From an uncultured Pelagibacteraceae bacterium (GTDB lineage Bacteria > Pseudomonadota > Alphaproteobacteria > Pelagibacterales > Pelagibacteraceae), in NCBI GenBank assembly GCA_902617825.1, contig CACMYE010000003.1:9670-73669 (forward strand): a stretch of DNA of 64,000 nucleotides. Direction: 5' to 3'. The translations under genes and the position numbers were made by a program. The notes below the pieces were generated by a model. The model was not told where the DNA came from. It did not search any database and saw only the letters and a program-made list of their open reading frames with translations. This document shows, one piece after another, positions 41,629 through 50,684 of the stretch. Every line of letters begins with the position of its first letter. Within the stretch, counting starts at the first letter, position 1.

Positions 41629-42651
41629 ATGAAAAAACATATCACTATTCTGGATCCTTTTCCTAGAAAACTAAAGTTAATTTTTTCAAAAAACAAATTC
41701 AAAAAATTAAAATCAAGCTACAAACTTATTTATGCTCCAAAAAAAGACAAAAAAATTTTTTATAACAAAAATATTCACAAAGCTACATTTATTATAGGAC
41801 AACCTGATTTACCCCAAGCACTACTAATTAAAGCAAAAAAGTTGAAGGCAGTCATTAATGTTGAAAGTAATTTTATGAATAATATGGATTACCAATATTG
41901 TTTTAGAAAAGGTATTCATGTAATTGCGACTTCACCAGTTTTTTCAAAACCAGTAGCAGAAATAGCACTGGGGATGACTCTATCTTTACTGAGAAACATT
42001 CACAATGCTCATTCAGATTTTGTCAAAGGGAGAGAAAAATATGGATTGGAAAGCAATTTCAAAGCATCTTTGCTGTCAGGAAAAAAAATAGGTTTATTAG
42101 GTTTTGGAGATCTTGCTAAATCTCTATATCCATTATTATTACCATTCACAAAGGATATTAGTGTTTATGATCCTTGGATTCCAAAAATTAATATTCAAAA
42201 GTTAGGTTTTAAAAGCATTAGTTTAAATAAAATGTTTGAAAGTTGTCAGGTTATTTATGTATTGGCTACTGTCACCACCGAAAACAAACACTTTATTGAT
42301 AAAAAATTGTTAAATAAGATGAAACCAGATTCATGCTTTATTTTAATGAGTAGAGCAGCAATTGTAAATTTTGAGGATTTGATAAAACAAGTAAAAAAAA
42401 GAAATATACTTGTTGCAACTGATGTTTTTCCAGAAGAACCAGTTTCAAAGAATAGTCCGTTAAGAAAAGTTAAGAATATATTGTTTTCTGCTCACAGAGC
42501 AGGAGCATTAAAGTCAGCTTTTTTTGATATGGGTGATATTGTTTTAAAAGATATGAGTTTAATGAGAAAAAATTTAAAACCAAAATTTTGTAAAATAGCA
42601 AATAAGAAAACTGTGAATCTTTTAGCATCAAAACCTGTTGCAATTAATTGA
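41629..42651 (+). CDS. D-isomer-specific 2-hydroxyacid dehydrogenase
   Basis: PVAE, GFGDLA, SRAA, DVFPEEP, SAHRAG. Confidence 0.82.
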   Translation: MKKHITILDPFPRKLKLIFSKNKFKKLKSSYKLIYAPKKDKKIFYNKNIHKATFIIGQPDLPQALLIKAKKLKAVINVESNFMNNMDYQYCFRKGIHVIATSPVFSKPVAEIALGMTLSLLRNIHNAHSDFVKGREKYGLESNFKASLLSGKKIGLLGFGDLAKSLYPLLLPFTKDISVYDPWIPKINIQKLGFKSISLNKMFESCQVIYVLATVTTENKHFIDKKLLNKMKPDSCFILMSRAAIVNFEDLIKQVKKRNILVATDVFPEEPVSKNSPLRKVKNILFSAHRAGALKSAFFDMGDIVLKDMSLMRKNLKPKFCKIANKKTVNLLASKPVAIN

Positions 42652-42673
42652 TTTTTTTATAATTTTGTAATTT

Positions 42674-43423
42674 ATGTCAACTTTGAATAATCCACTATTA
42701 GAAGCAAAGGGAATTACAAAATATTTTGGAACAATTACTGCATTAGAAAATGTTGACTTAAAAGTTCATGCAGGAGAATGTTTAGGAGTTGTTGGTGACA
42801 ATGGAGCAGGAAAATCAACTCTAATGAAAGTTTTATCAGGGTTATACAAACCTAGTTCAGGTTCATTATATTTTCAGGGTAAAGAGGAGATTTTAGAAAG
42901 TCCAAAAGACTCACAAAACCTAGGACTAGAAATGGTTTATCAAGACCTAGCTCTAGCTGGAAACTTACCTATTGGAGAAAACATTTTTTTAGGAAGAGAG
43001 CCAACCAAAAATGTTGGTTTTTTGAAATTTTTAGATTTTAAAAAAATAAAAGAATTAACCAATGCTCATTTAGGAAAACTTAAGATAAATGTTAAGAGTG
43101 CAGATCAAAAAGTTGAGGAACTTTCTGGAGGTCAAAGACAAGCTGTTGCAATTGCTAGATCAACGGCATTTAACGCAAAAGTTGTTATTATGGATGAACC
43201 TACAGCAGCCCTTGCAATTAAAGAAGTTGGAAAAGTATTAGATCTTATTAATAGTTTAAAAAAAACTGGTGTTGGCGTGATAGTTATAAGTCACAGAATG
43301 GATGATATTTTTTCAGTTTGTGATCGAGTAATGGCTCTATTTCAAGGTACAAATTTTGCAGAGTCTCAACTTTCAAATACTTCAAGGGATGAAGTAATTG
43401 GATGGATTATGGGTAAAAAATAA
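42674..43423 (+). CDS. Sugar ABC (CUT2) ATPase, single-domain
   Basis: GDNGAGKST, VYQDLAL, LSGGQRQAVAIAR, MDEPTAAL. Confidence 0.92.
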   Translation: MSTLNNPLLEAKGITKYFGTITALENVDLKVHAGECLGVVGDNGAGKSTLMKVLSGLYKPSSGSLYFQGKEEILESPKDSQNLGLEMVYQDLALAGNLPIGENIFLGREPTKNVGFLKFLDFKKIKELTNAHLGKLKINVKSADQKVEELSGGQRQAVAIARSTAFNAKVVIMDEPTAALAIKEVGKVLDLINSLKKTGVGVIVISHRMDDIFSVCDRVMALFQGTNFAESQLSNTSRDEVIGWIMGKK

Positions 43424-44437
43424 ATGGAAGAAAAAAATAATAAAAAAGACAGTCTATATTTAAAGCTAATGCCTTACATTGAAAAGTACGGCATCCTTTT
43501 GTTACTTGTACTTATGATATTGGTAATGCACATTTTGCAGCCAGATGTATTCTTGTCATGGAGAAATGTAACAAACGTTTTCAAGCAAATATCTTGGCAG
43601 TCAATGTTAGCGTTAGGTGTCTTCATGGTCATAGTAACCGCTGGAATAGATCTTTCTGTTGGCTCAATAATGATGTTGTCACTTATGGTTTTAGCAATAG
43701 TAGCTAAAGCAGGAGCACCTTGGTTTATAGTTGTCATTACTCCATTGATAGCAGGATTTTTATGCGGTTTGTTTAACGGAGCAGGAATTACTTTATTAAG
43801 AATGCCACATCCATTTATAATGACACTTGGAACATTGTACATATTTAGAGGAACAGGAAATTTGATATCTGGCGGAACTCCAATCAGTGGTTTTACAGAC
43901 GAAGTTAGATATCTTGGACATGGTAGGATTGATTTAACATGGCTTGGATTAGAAAAATCACAGTATCTGCCTGTTAGTTTAGTTTTAATAGCAGTTGTAT
44001 ATATTATTTTTTGGTTTTTCCTTAATCATAGTAGAACAGGAAAGTGGATTTATGCAATAGGTGGAAATCCTAGTGCCGCAAGAGCATCAGGTATAAATGT
44101 AAATAAAATTTTAATTATAGTATATTCTCTTTGTGGTTTTTTATCTGGCATTGGTGCATTAATTTTAGCAGGACGAACTGACTCTGGTTATCCAAATGCA
44201 GGTTTACAATCTGAATTAGATGCTATTGCAGCATGTATTATCGGAGGAGCAAGTTTTTTTGGTGGAAGAGGAACCGTATTAGGAGTTTTTGCTGGTGTTA
44301 TGATTATGGGTATTCTGAGAAATGGACTTAATTTAATGGATGTTAGCTCATTTTGGCAGCAGGTTTTAATAGGCTCAATTATTGTAATAGCTGTATATAT
44401 AGACGTACTTAGAAGAGACCTAGGCACTAGAAAATAG
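43424..44437 (+). CDS. Sugar ABC (CUT2, RbsC-like) permease
   Basis: GIDLSVG, FIMTLG, YAIGGN..AA..SG, ELDAIAA..IGG. Confidence 0.92.
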   Translation: MEEKNNKKDSLYLKLMPYIEKYGILLLLVLMILVMHILQPDVFLSWRNVTNVFKQISWQSMLALGVFMVIVTAGIDLSVGSIMMLSLMVLAIVAKAGAPWFIVVITPLIAGFLCGLFNGAGITLLRMPHPFIMTLGTLYIFRGTGNLISGGTPISGFTDEVRYLGHGRIDLTWLGLEKSQYLPVSLVLIAVVYIIFWFFLNHSRTGKWIYAIGGNPSAARASGINVNKILIIVYSLCGFLSGIGALILAGRTDSGYPNAGLQSELDAIAACIIGGASFFGGRGTVLGVFAGVMIMGILRNGLNLMDVSSFWQQVLIGSIIVIAVYIDVLRRDLGTRK

Positions 44438-44546
44438 TAAAATTAGTATTACACGTAAAAGTTGTTCTGACTTTATAAACAGTTGAATTTTTTTAAAAAT
44501 TTTTATTTAATTTAGATTATTCAAATAACAATAGGGGAATAAATAA

Positions 44547-45479
44547 ATGAAAAACTTAACAAAAAAAATTGTTGTTTTTTTTACAGCAATATTTTTATCA
44601 ATTAGTTTAGGTTCAGTTTCTTTTGCTGATGGACATGGTAAAAAAATCTTGTTTAGCATTAAAGGTCCTGGATCAGGAAATCCTTTCTGGGCATCTGTAA
44701 CTAAAGGTGCAGAGGAAGAAGCTAAAAAATTAGGTGTTAAATTAATTTTAATTGCACCACCTCAAGAAGGTGATGTTCAAGCACAAATTAATCAAGTTGA
44801 AGACCAACTTGCAAAAGGTGTTGATGCTTTAGCACTAGCACCAGGAGACCCAAATGCTTTTGCACCAATTGTTGATGATGCTATTAAAAGTGGAGTTCCT
44901 GTTGTATTTGTAGACACCAAAGGAATAAACGAGGGTGTAACATTTATTGGGACTAACAATATGAATGGTGCTGAGTTAGCTGCAAAATTTATTTGTGATA
45001 AAACTCCAAAAGGTTCTGACGTTGCAATTTTGACTGGTATAGAGTCTCAGTCTACTGCGTTACTTAGAAGAGATGGTGCAATTAAAGGATTTAAAAATTG
45101 TGGTTTAAACATTGTAGCAACACAAACTGCAGAGTGGGATACAGCAAAAGGTAGATCTGTAACAGAGTCTATAATTTTGAAAAATCCTAAAATCAAAGCA
45201 ATATTTGCTTCTAATGACAACATGGGATTAGGTGCTATGCAAGCTCTTAAAGATGCAGATATGAATGATGTAGTAGTTGTCGGGTTTGATGCTACTCCAG
45301 ATGCGGCTACAAGTATCCTTAAAGGAGAAATGACTGCAACAATTGCTCAGTTCTCTTATAACATGGGTGCTTATGGTGTTAAATACGCACTTGAGTTAGC
45401 TAATGGTGGAAGTATTGATCCAAATATTGATACTGGTACTCAATTAGTAACTAAAGAAAACGCTAACGATTTTAAATAA
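44547..45479 (+). CDS. Sugar ABC periplasmic binding protein (RbsB-like; inositol or pentose candidate)
   Basis: Signal peptide, NPFW, FASNDNMG, VVGFD, AQ motifs; GGGGA RBS. Confidence 0.9.
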   Translation: MKNLTKKIVVFFTAIFLSISLGSVSFADGHGKKILFSIKGPGSGNPFWASVTKGAEEEAKKLGVKLILIAPPQEGDVQAQINQVEDQLAKGVDALALAPGDPNAFAPIVDDAIKSGVPVVFVDTKGINEGVTFIGTNNMNGAELAAKFICDKTPKGSDVAILTGIESQSTALLRRDGAIKGFKNCGLNIVATQTAEWDTAKGRSVTESIILKNPKIKAIFASNDNMGLGAMQALKDADMNDVVVVGFDATPDAATSILKGEMTATIAQFSYNMGAYGVKYALELANGGSIDPNIDTGTQLVTKENANDFK

Positions 45480-45501
45480 TCTTTAGAATAAATTTAAAAT
45501 T

Positions 45502-45534
45502 AAAGGGTGGAATTTTATTCCACCCTTTTTTTTT
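45502..45534 (+). terminator. Intrinsic terminator after the binding-protein gene
   Basis: AAAGGGTGGAAT-TTT-ATTCCACCCTTT followed by a T tract. Confidence 0.88.
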
Positions 45535-45552
45535 ATGTAATATAGTATTTTT

Positions 45553-46014
45553 ATGTTAATTAATATTGATCCAATCTTAAGTCCTGAATTACTATTTCAT
45601 TTAAGATCTATGGGGCATGGTGAAAAATTAATTTTAGCAGATGCAAATTTTCCAGCAAATACATCAAATGACAAAGTAATAAGATTAGACGGTGTTGGTA
45701 TAAAAGAAGCTAGCTCAGCAATTCTGTCAGTTTTTCCTCTTGATAGTTTTGTTGTTTCACAAGGTGGATTTCCAGCTTTAAGAATGGAAGTAGATGATAA
45801 ACCAGATGAATTAACAGAAACGCACAAAGAATTCTTTGAAGTAGTTAAAAAAGTTTCAGGTAAAAATTGGAATGTTGGTTCTATTTCTAGACAAGATTTT
45901 TATAAAGAAGCCAAAAAAGCTTACTGTATAGTTACAACTACTGACGCAAGACCTTTTGGATGTTTTATATTAACTAAAGGTGTAATTTTACCAGACGGTA
46001 AGGTTTGGTCGTAA
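45553..46014 (+). CDS. RbsD/FucU family mutarotase/pyranase
   Basis: LSPELL, MGHG, ADANFP, R..FY..AK, ILTKGV. Confidence 0.9.
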   Translation: MLINIDPILSPELLFHLRSMGHGEKLILADANFPANTSNDKVIRLDGVGIKEASSAILSVFPLDSFVVSQGGFPALRMEVDDKPDELTETHKEFFEVVKKVSGKNWNVGSISRQDFYKEAKKAYCIVTTTDARPFGCFILTKGVILPDGKVWS

Positions 46015-46025
46015 AAAATTAAATA

Positions 46026-46937
46026 ATGCAGTCTATATGTATATTTGGAGTTTTTGTAGCAGACCTTTGTTTTTATTCAGAAAAGATACCAATTAAAGGA
46101 GAGACAGTTCTTGGAAGAGATTATTTAATTGGCCCAGGTGGCAAAGGCTCTAATCAAGCAATTGCTGCAGCAAGACTTGACGGAAAAGTAAATTTTATAA
46201 CTAAAATGGGTGAAGATAGCCACGCAGATTTAGCATTTAAAATATATAAAGATGCAGGTGTAAATACTAACGCCATAACAAAAGATAAAAATTTATCTAC
46301 TGGTGTTGCTGGTATAATGATTGATAATGATGGTAACAATGCAATCAATATTGTTCCAGGTGCAGCTGCTCAGTTAAACAATAAAGATATTGATAAGAAT
46401 CTAGAGATATTGAAAAATTCTAAAATTTTTCTTACTCAAATGGAAACTCCAGAGGAAGTTACAATTTACTCTTTAAAAAAAGCTAAGGAAAATGATTGCT
46501 TAACTATATTAAATCCTGCGCCAGCAAGAAAAATTAATGAAGAAAATTTTGCCCTAATTGATTTTTTTACACCAAATGAAACTGAAGCTGAATTTTATTT
46601 AGACAATAAAATCACCACAGAGGAAGATATTAAGATTGCAGGAAAAGAATTTTTAAAAAAAGGGGTAAAAAATATTATTATTACTTTGGGTGAAAGAGGT
46701 GTCTATTTTGCTAATGAAAACGAGGAGTATTTTGTTGAGGCATTAAAATTAAAAGATCAGGTTGTTGATACTACAGGTGCTGGTGATGCATTTAATGGAG
46801 CTTTTACAGTAGGCTTAGCAAATGATTTAAAATTTAAAGATGCGTTAATTTTTGCAAATAAAGTTGCAGGTATATCAACAACTAAAGTAGGCGCAGCAAG
46901 TTCAATGCCATCACTTAAAGAAGTAAATAGCTATTAA
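46026..46937 (+). CDS. rbsK: Ribokinase (PfkB family)
   Basis: PGGKGSNQAIAAARL, LNPAPA, TPNETE, DTTGAGDAFNG. Confidence 0.82.
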   Translation: MQSICIFGVFVADLCFYSEKIPIKGETVLGRDYLIGPGGKGSNQAIAAARLDGKVNFITKMGEDSHADLAFKIYKDAGVNTNAITKDKNLSTGVAGIMIDNDGNNAINIVPGAAAQLNNKDIDKNLEILKNSKIFLTQMETPEEVTIYSLKKAKENDCLTILNPAPARKINEENFALIDFFTPNETEAEFYLDNKITTEEDIKIAGKEFLKKGVKNIIITLGERGVYFANENEEYFVEALKLKDQVVDTTGAGDAFNGAFTVGLANDLKFKDALIFANKVAGISTTKVGAASSMPSLKEVNSY

Positions 46938-48113
46938 TTATTCTAAAATCTTAAAATCAGACTTAAATTTATCAGTTATTGTTAGACCCAATCCTGGTTT
47001 ATCATCATCAAGATCTATAAAACCATCTTTTGGCTCAGGATCACCTTCAAAAATATAATAAAAAAGTTCGTTCCCAATCTCAACGTCATGGACAGGAAAA
47101 AATTCTGATATTGGACAATTAAAATTTGACATTGTTAAGTGGTAGTTATGCATTTGTCCCGCATGAGGAATAACTGGAACTTGATGAGCTTCTGCAATAG
47201 CATTAATTTTCTGAGCAGCAGTGAAACCTCCAACTCTATTGTTATCATATTGAATATAACTCACAGCTTTAAGGTCAAGTAACTGCTTAAATCCAAATAT
47301 ATTAAACTCGTGTTCACCTCCTGAAATTGGTATCATGTTCATTTTATTTAATTCTTCATAACCATGTATATCATCTGCAATCACTGGCTCTTCAAGCCAT
47401 CTTGGATTAAATTTCATTAATTTCGGTATCATTCTTTTCGCATAATCTAAGTTCCAACCCATATAGCATTCCATCATCAGATCTGTATCTTCACCAATTA
47501 CTTCTCTAACAGCTTCAGCGAGTTCAATATTTTTTTTCATTCCATCAGGACCATCTTTAGGACCCCAACCAAATCTCATTTTAAACATTTTAAAACCCTG
47601 CTTTACATAACTCTCTGCCTCTTTTTGGAGAGCTTTTATTGGTTGGCTATAAAGCTTTGAAGCATAAACAGGAATTTTTTCTTTTGTCCTACCTCCAAGG
47701 AGTTTGAATATGGGTTTGTTTGTAATTTTTCCCATTATATCCCAGATTGCGATATCAATTGCTGAAATAGCCACCATACCTATTCCTCTTCTACCCCAAG
47801 CATGAGTTCTTCTATACATTTTTTCCCAAATATAGGCATAGTCAAAAGGATCTTCACCAACTACCAGTGGTTTTAAATAAGTATCAATTATTCTTTTAGC
47901 AATTTGTGGAGCTAATGCTGCATTACCAATTCCAAATATACCATCATCAGTTTCAATTTCACAAATTAACCATTCATGAAATCTAAACGAACCCATAGCA
48001 TCAGATTTTTCAAATAAAAGATCCGAAGCATTAGTACAAAAATTATTTTGAGGGGGAACAGTCTTTCCATTCCATTGATAAACTTTTGTTCTAATTTCTT
48101 TTATCTTTGTCAT
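46938..48113 (-). CDS. Enolase-superfamily acid-sugar dehydratase, L-lyxonate/L-rhamnonate-type
   Basis: KxR (FKMR), E-x-Y, WLEEP, GGEHE, PH motifs; N-terminal TVPPQ.NFCTNA resembles L-lyxonate dehydratase as I recall it. Confidence 0.75.
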   Translation of the reverse strand: MTKIKEIRTKVYQWNGKTVPPQNNFCTNASDLLFEKSDAMGSFRFHEWLICEIETDDGIFGIGNAALAPQIAKRIIDTYLKPLVVGEDPFDYAYIWEKMYRRTHAWGRRGIGMVAISAIDIAIWDIMGKITNKPIFKLLGGRTKEKIPVYASKLYSQPIKALQKEAESYVKQGFKMFKMRFGWGPKDGPDGMKKNIELAEAVREVIGEDTDLMMECYMGWNLDYAKRMIPKLMKFNPRWLEEPVIADDIHGYEELNKMNMIPISGGEHEFNIFGFKQLLDLKAVSYIQYDNNRVGGFTAAQKINAIAEAHQVPVIPHAGQMHNYHLTMSNFNCPISEFFPVHDVEIGNELFYYIFEGDPEPKDGFIDLDDDKPGLGLTITDKFKSDFKILE

Positions 48114-49108
48114 TATCTATTTTTATTCTCAGCCATTGTTAATGCAATTTTAAAAGAATTCAAAGTAGGATCTAAATTTGCTTGATTTTTACCAGCAATA
48201 TCAAAAGCTGTTCCATGTGCGGGAGTAGTTATAGGAATAGGCAATCCTCCCTGGACAGTAACTCCTCTATCAAAACCGAATGCTTTTAAACCTGATTGCA
48301 ATGCGTCATGGTACATGCCAACTATACAATCATGATTTTTATTCTTGTATGCGGTTATAAAAGACGTATCACAAGGCAATGGTCCATCAGCATTAATACC
48401 CATTTTTTTAGCTTCCTCTATAGCAGGTATAATTTCCTCTATTTCTTCAGTTCCAAACTCAGCATGGGGATTAAGAGCTTGAACTGCAACTCTAGGGATC
48501 TTTATTCCATTGAGTTTCATTGCTTCATTAATAAGCTTAATAGGTTCTAAAATTTTTTCCTTCTTTATATGATTTGGAACTTCTTTAATGGGGATATGTG
48601 ATGTTACTCTTGCTGTCCAGAAATTATCTATAACATTAAATTCACAAAAGAAATTTTTAACATTTAGTTTTTCTGCCATCAGATGTAATTCATCTGAGTA
48701 TTTATTTCCACCAAGTTTTAAACTTGTTTTATTATATGGGCCAAAATTAATTGCATGTATTTTATTTTCTTTTGCTAAATCTAGAGCAAGGTTTAAAGCT
48801 GATAACACACTTTCACCTGACTCCTTGGAACATTCTGAAAATTTATAATTATGATTTTTTCCTTTAGAAATATCTAAAAAGAACTTATTTGAATCACGAA
48901 AATCGATTTCATTAAAATCTTCAACAAATTTTAAATTAATTTTTTTACCTGAAATTTTTAGCCCATTATCTAATATATTTTTTTCACCAACAACTACGAT
49001 ATTTGCTTTATTTATAATTTCCTCACACAATAATCTAGTGACCAATTCGGGTCCAATACCTGATGGGTCACCGAGAAGAAGAGCAATTTTAATTTTATTT
49101 TTGTTCAT
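48113..49108 (-). CDS. PdxA-family decarboxylating dehydrogenase (PdxA2-like)
   Basis: [36 protein letters not shown]; catabolic context. Confidence 0.85.
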   Translation of the reverse strand: MNKNKIKIALLLGDPSGIGPELVTRLLCEEIINKANIVVVGEKNILDNGLKISGKKINLKFVEDFNEIDFRDSNKFFLDISKGKNHNYKFSECSKESGESVLSALNLALDLAKENKIHAINFGPYNKTSLKLGGNKYSDELHLMAEKLNVKNFFCEFNVIDNFWTARVTSHIPIKEVPNHIKKEKILEPIKLINEAMKLNGIKIPRVAVQALNPHAEFGTEEIEEIIPAIEEAKKMGINADGPLPCDTSFITAYKNKNHDCIVGMYHDALQSGLKAFGFDRGVTVQGGLPIPITTPAHGTAFDIAGKNQANLDPTLNSFKIALTMAENKNR

Positions 49109-49177
49109 TTTTTCCTTTACGCTGTGTATCAGATTATGATTAAATTATTAATTATAAATTAACTATAGAGGGAAATA

Positions 49178-50152
49178 ATGAAAAAAAGTTTTAAATTATT
49201 TTTAGCTGCCGCTTTTTTGGTAACTGAATTTTTCGTTGTTGCACTTCCATTAATGATTACCTCTGCAAAAGCAGATGGTCATCCAATTCAAGCAATTACT
49301 CACGCGGGTTTTGGTGGTGGAACAGATGTAACTACTAGAATGATGTTATTAAGAACTAGAAGGTATCTAAAACAAGATATGCAATTAGTTAACAAAAAAG
49401 GCGGTGGTGGTGCTGCATCTATGGATTACATGATGACTTTGCCTGCAGATGGAAATCATACTTTAACTTGGACTACTGGTCATGCTGTATCTATGGCATT
49501 AGGTAAAACGAAAGTTAAATTAAGTGACATGCAACCATTAGCAAGAGGTACTGATGATCCTCAATTATTTGTTGTTAGCTGTAAGAATGATATTAAAGAT
49601 GCTAAAAAGTTTATTAGTGCTCAAAAATCAAAATCATTAAAGTATGGAACAACACACGTAGGAGGTATTGATGATGTAAGCGCTATTGCTTTTACTAAAA
49701 AAGGTAAACTTACAGATCCAACAATCGTCGCTTATAAAGGTGTAGGTCCTATTAAAACTAACCTTATCAAAGGAGATATTGATGTAGGTGTTTTAAATTT
49801 AGGTGAAGCTGTTACTGAAATAGAAGATGGTACTTTATGTGTTTCAGTTGTTTTAGCAAATAATAGAATGGAAAAATTAAGTAATGTTCCTACTGCTACT
49901 GAATTAGGAATTCCAGTTGTTTTATCTACAGTTAGAGGCTTTGTAACAAAAAAAGGTGTCGCTGGAGATAGAAAAAAACAATTAGAGGATGCAATGATAA
50001 AAGCAATGGAACATAAATATTTCCAAAGTTTTTTAACAGACATTGGCCTTGATTCAACTAGTGTAGTTGGAGCTGATGAGTGGGGTAAGCAAATGGAAAC
50101 TATGCTTGCAGAAATGACTGCTCAACTTAAAGCTTTAGGTTACATCAAGTAA
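49178..50152 (+). CDS. tctC: Tripartite tricarboxylate transporter substrate-binding protein
   Basis: Signal peptide, GGGTD, N..GGGG, ADG, Y.G, VPT..E.G; followed by tctB and tctA. Confidence 0.85.
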   Translation: MKKSFKLFLAAAFLVTEFFVVALPLMITSAKADGHPIQAITHAGFGGGTDVTTRMMLLRTRRYLKQDMQLVNKKGGGGAASMDYMMTLPADGNHTLTWTTGHAVSMALGKTKVKLSDMQPLARGTDDPQLFVVSCKNDIKDAKKFISAQKSKSLKYGTTHVGGIDDVSAIAFTKKGKLTDPTIVAYKGVGPIKTNLIKGDIDVGVLNLGEAVTEIEDGTLCVSVVLANNRMEKLSNVPTATELGIPVVLSTVRGFVTKKGVAGDRKKQLEDAMIKAMEHKYFQSFLTDIGLDSTSVVGADEWGKQMETMLAEMTAQLKALGYIK

Positions 50153-50176
50153 TTTTAATTAAGTACATTTCTCAAT

Positions 50177-50683
50177 ATGAATAATGTACGCAATAAAAAA
50201 AGGGCAAACAAAAGTTTGCCCTTTTTTTTTAGGATAGAATTTAGAGTTTTTTTTACAATTATTTTAATTTCAACAATTTTACTAATATCAACTTTTTCAT
50301 TTGATACTGTTCCTCCGATTTTAAACAGAGGTATTCAACCAGCAACATTCCCGAAGGGATTACTTGTCCTAATTATAGTGTTAACCTCAATTATTTATTA
50401 TTTATCTTTCAAAAAACCTTGGAAAAATGAAAAAAATTTACCAAAACCTTTTTTTCTTACAATTTTAAGTTTTATTATTTTTATAATCATCTCAAAAACC
50501 TTAGATTTTTTTCTAGCAATTTCAGTATTGTCAATTTTTGTTTCTTACAATTGGGGTGAAAGAAGAATTTTTTATTTATTACTAGTAAGTATAATTTTTC
50601 CTATAGTTGTCTTTATTTTTTTTGAAATGATTTTAGGATTAAGATTTCCTCCTGGAATAATCACTAATCTTTATTATTATTAA
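50177..50683 (+). CDS. tctB: TTT small membrane subunit
   Basis: Four TM segments, PATFP and L...FP.G patterns; between tctC and tctA. Confidence 0.8.
   Translation: MNNVRNKKRANKSLPFFFRIEFRVFFTIILISTILLISTFSFDTVPPILNRGIQPATFPKGLLVLIIVLTSIIYYLSFKKPWKNEKNLPKPFFLTILSFIIFIIISKTLDFFLAISVLSIFVSYNWGERRIFYLLLVSIIFPIVVFIFFEMILGLRFPPGIITNLYYY
50195..50230 (+). terminator. Terminator-like hairpin after tctC, inside the 5' end of the tctB ORF
   Basis: AAAAAAAGGGCAAAC-AAAA-GTTTGCCCTTTTTTTTT. Confidence 0.8.
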
Positions 50684-50684
50684 A

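Noticed and set aside
46026-46937. PfkB kinase as a substitute IolC
   Set aside because: It has ribokinase-type motifs, pairs with RbsD/FucU after a terminator and lacks an aldolase fusion; not excluded without an assay
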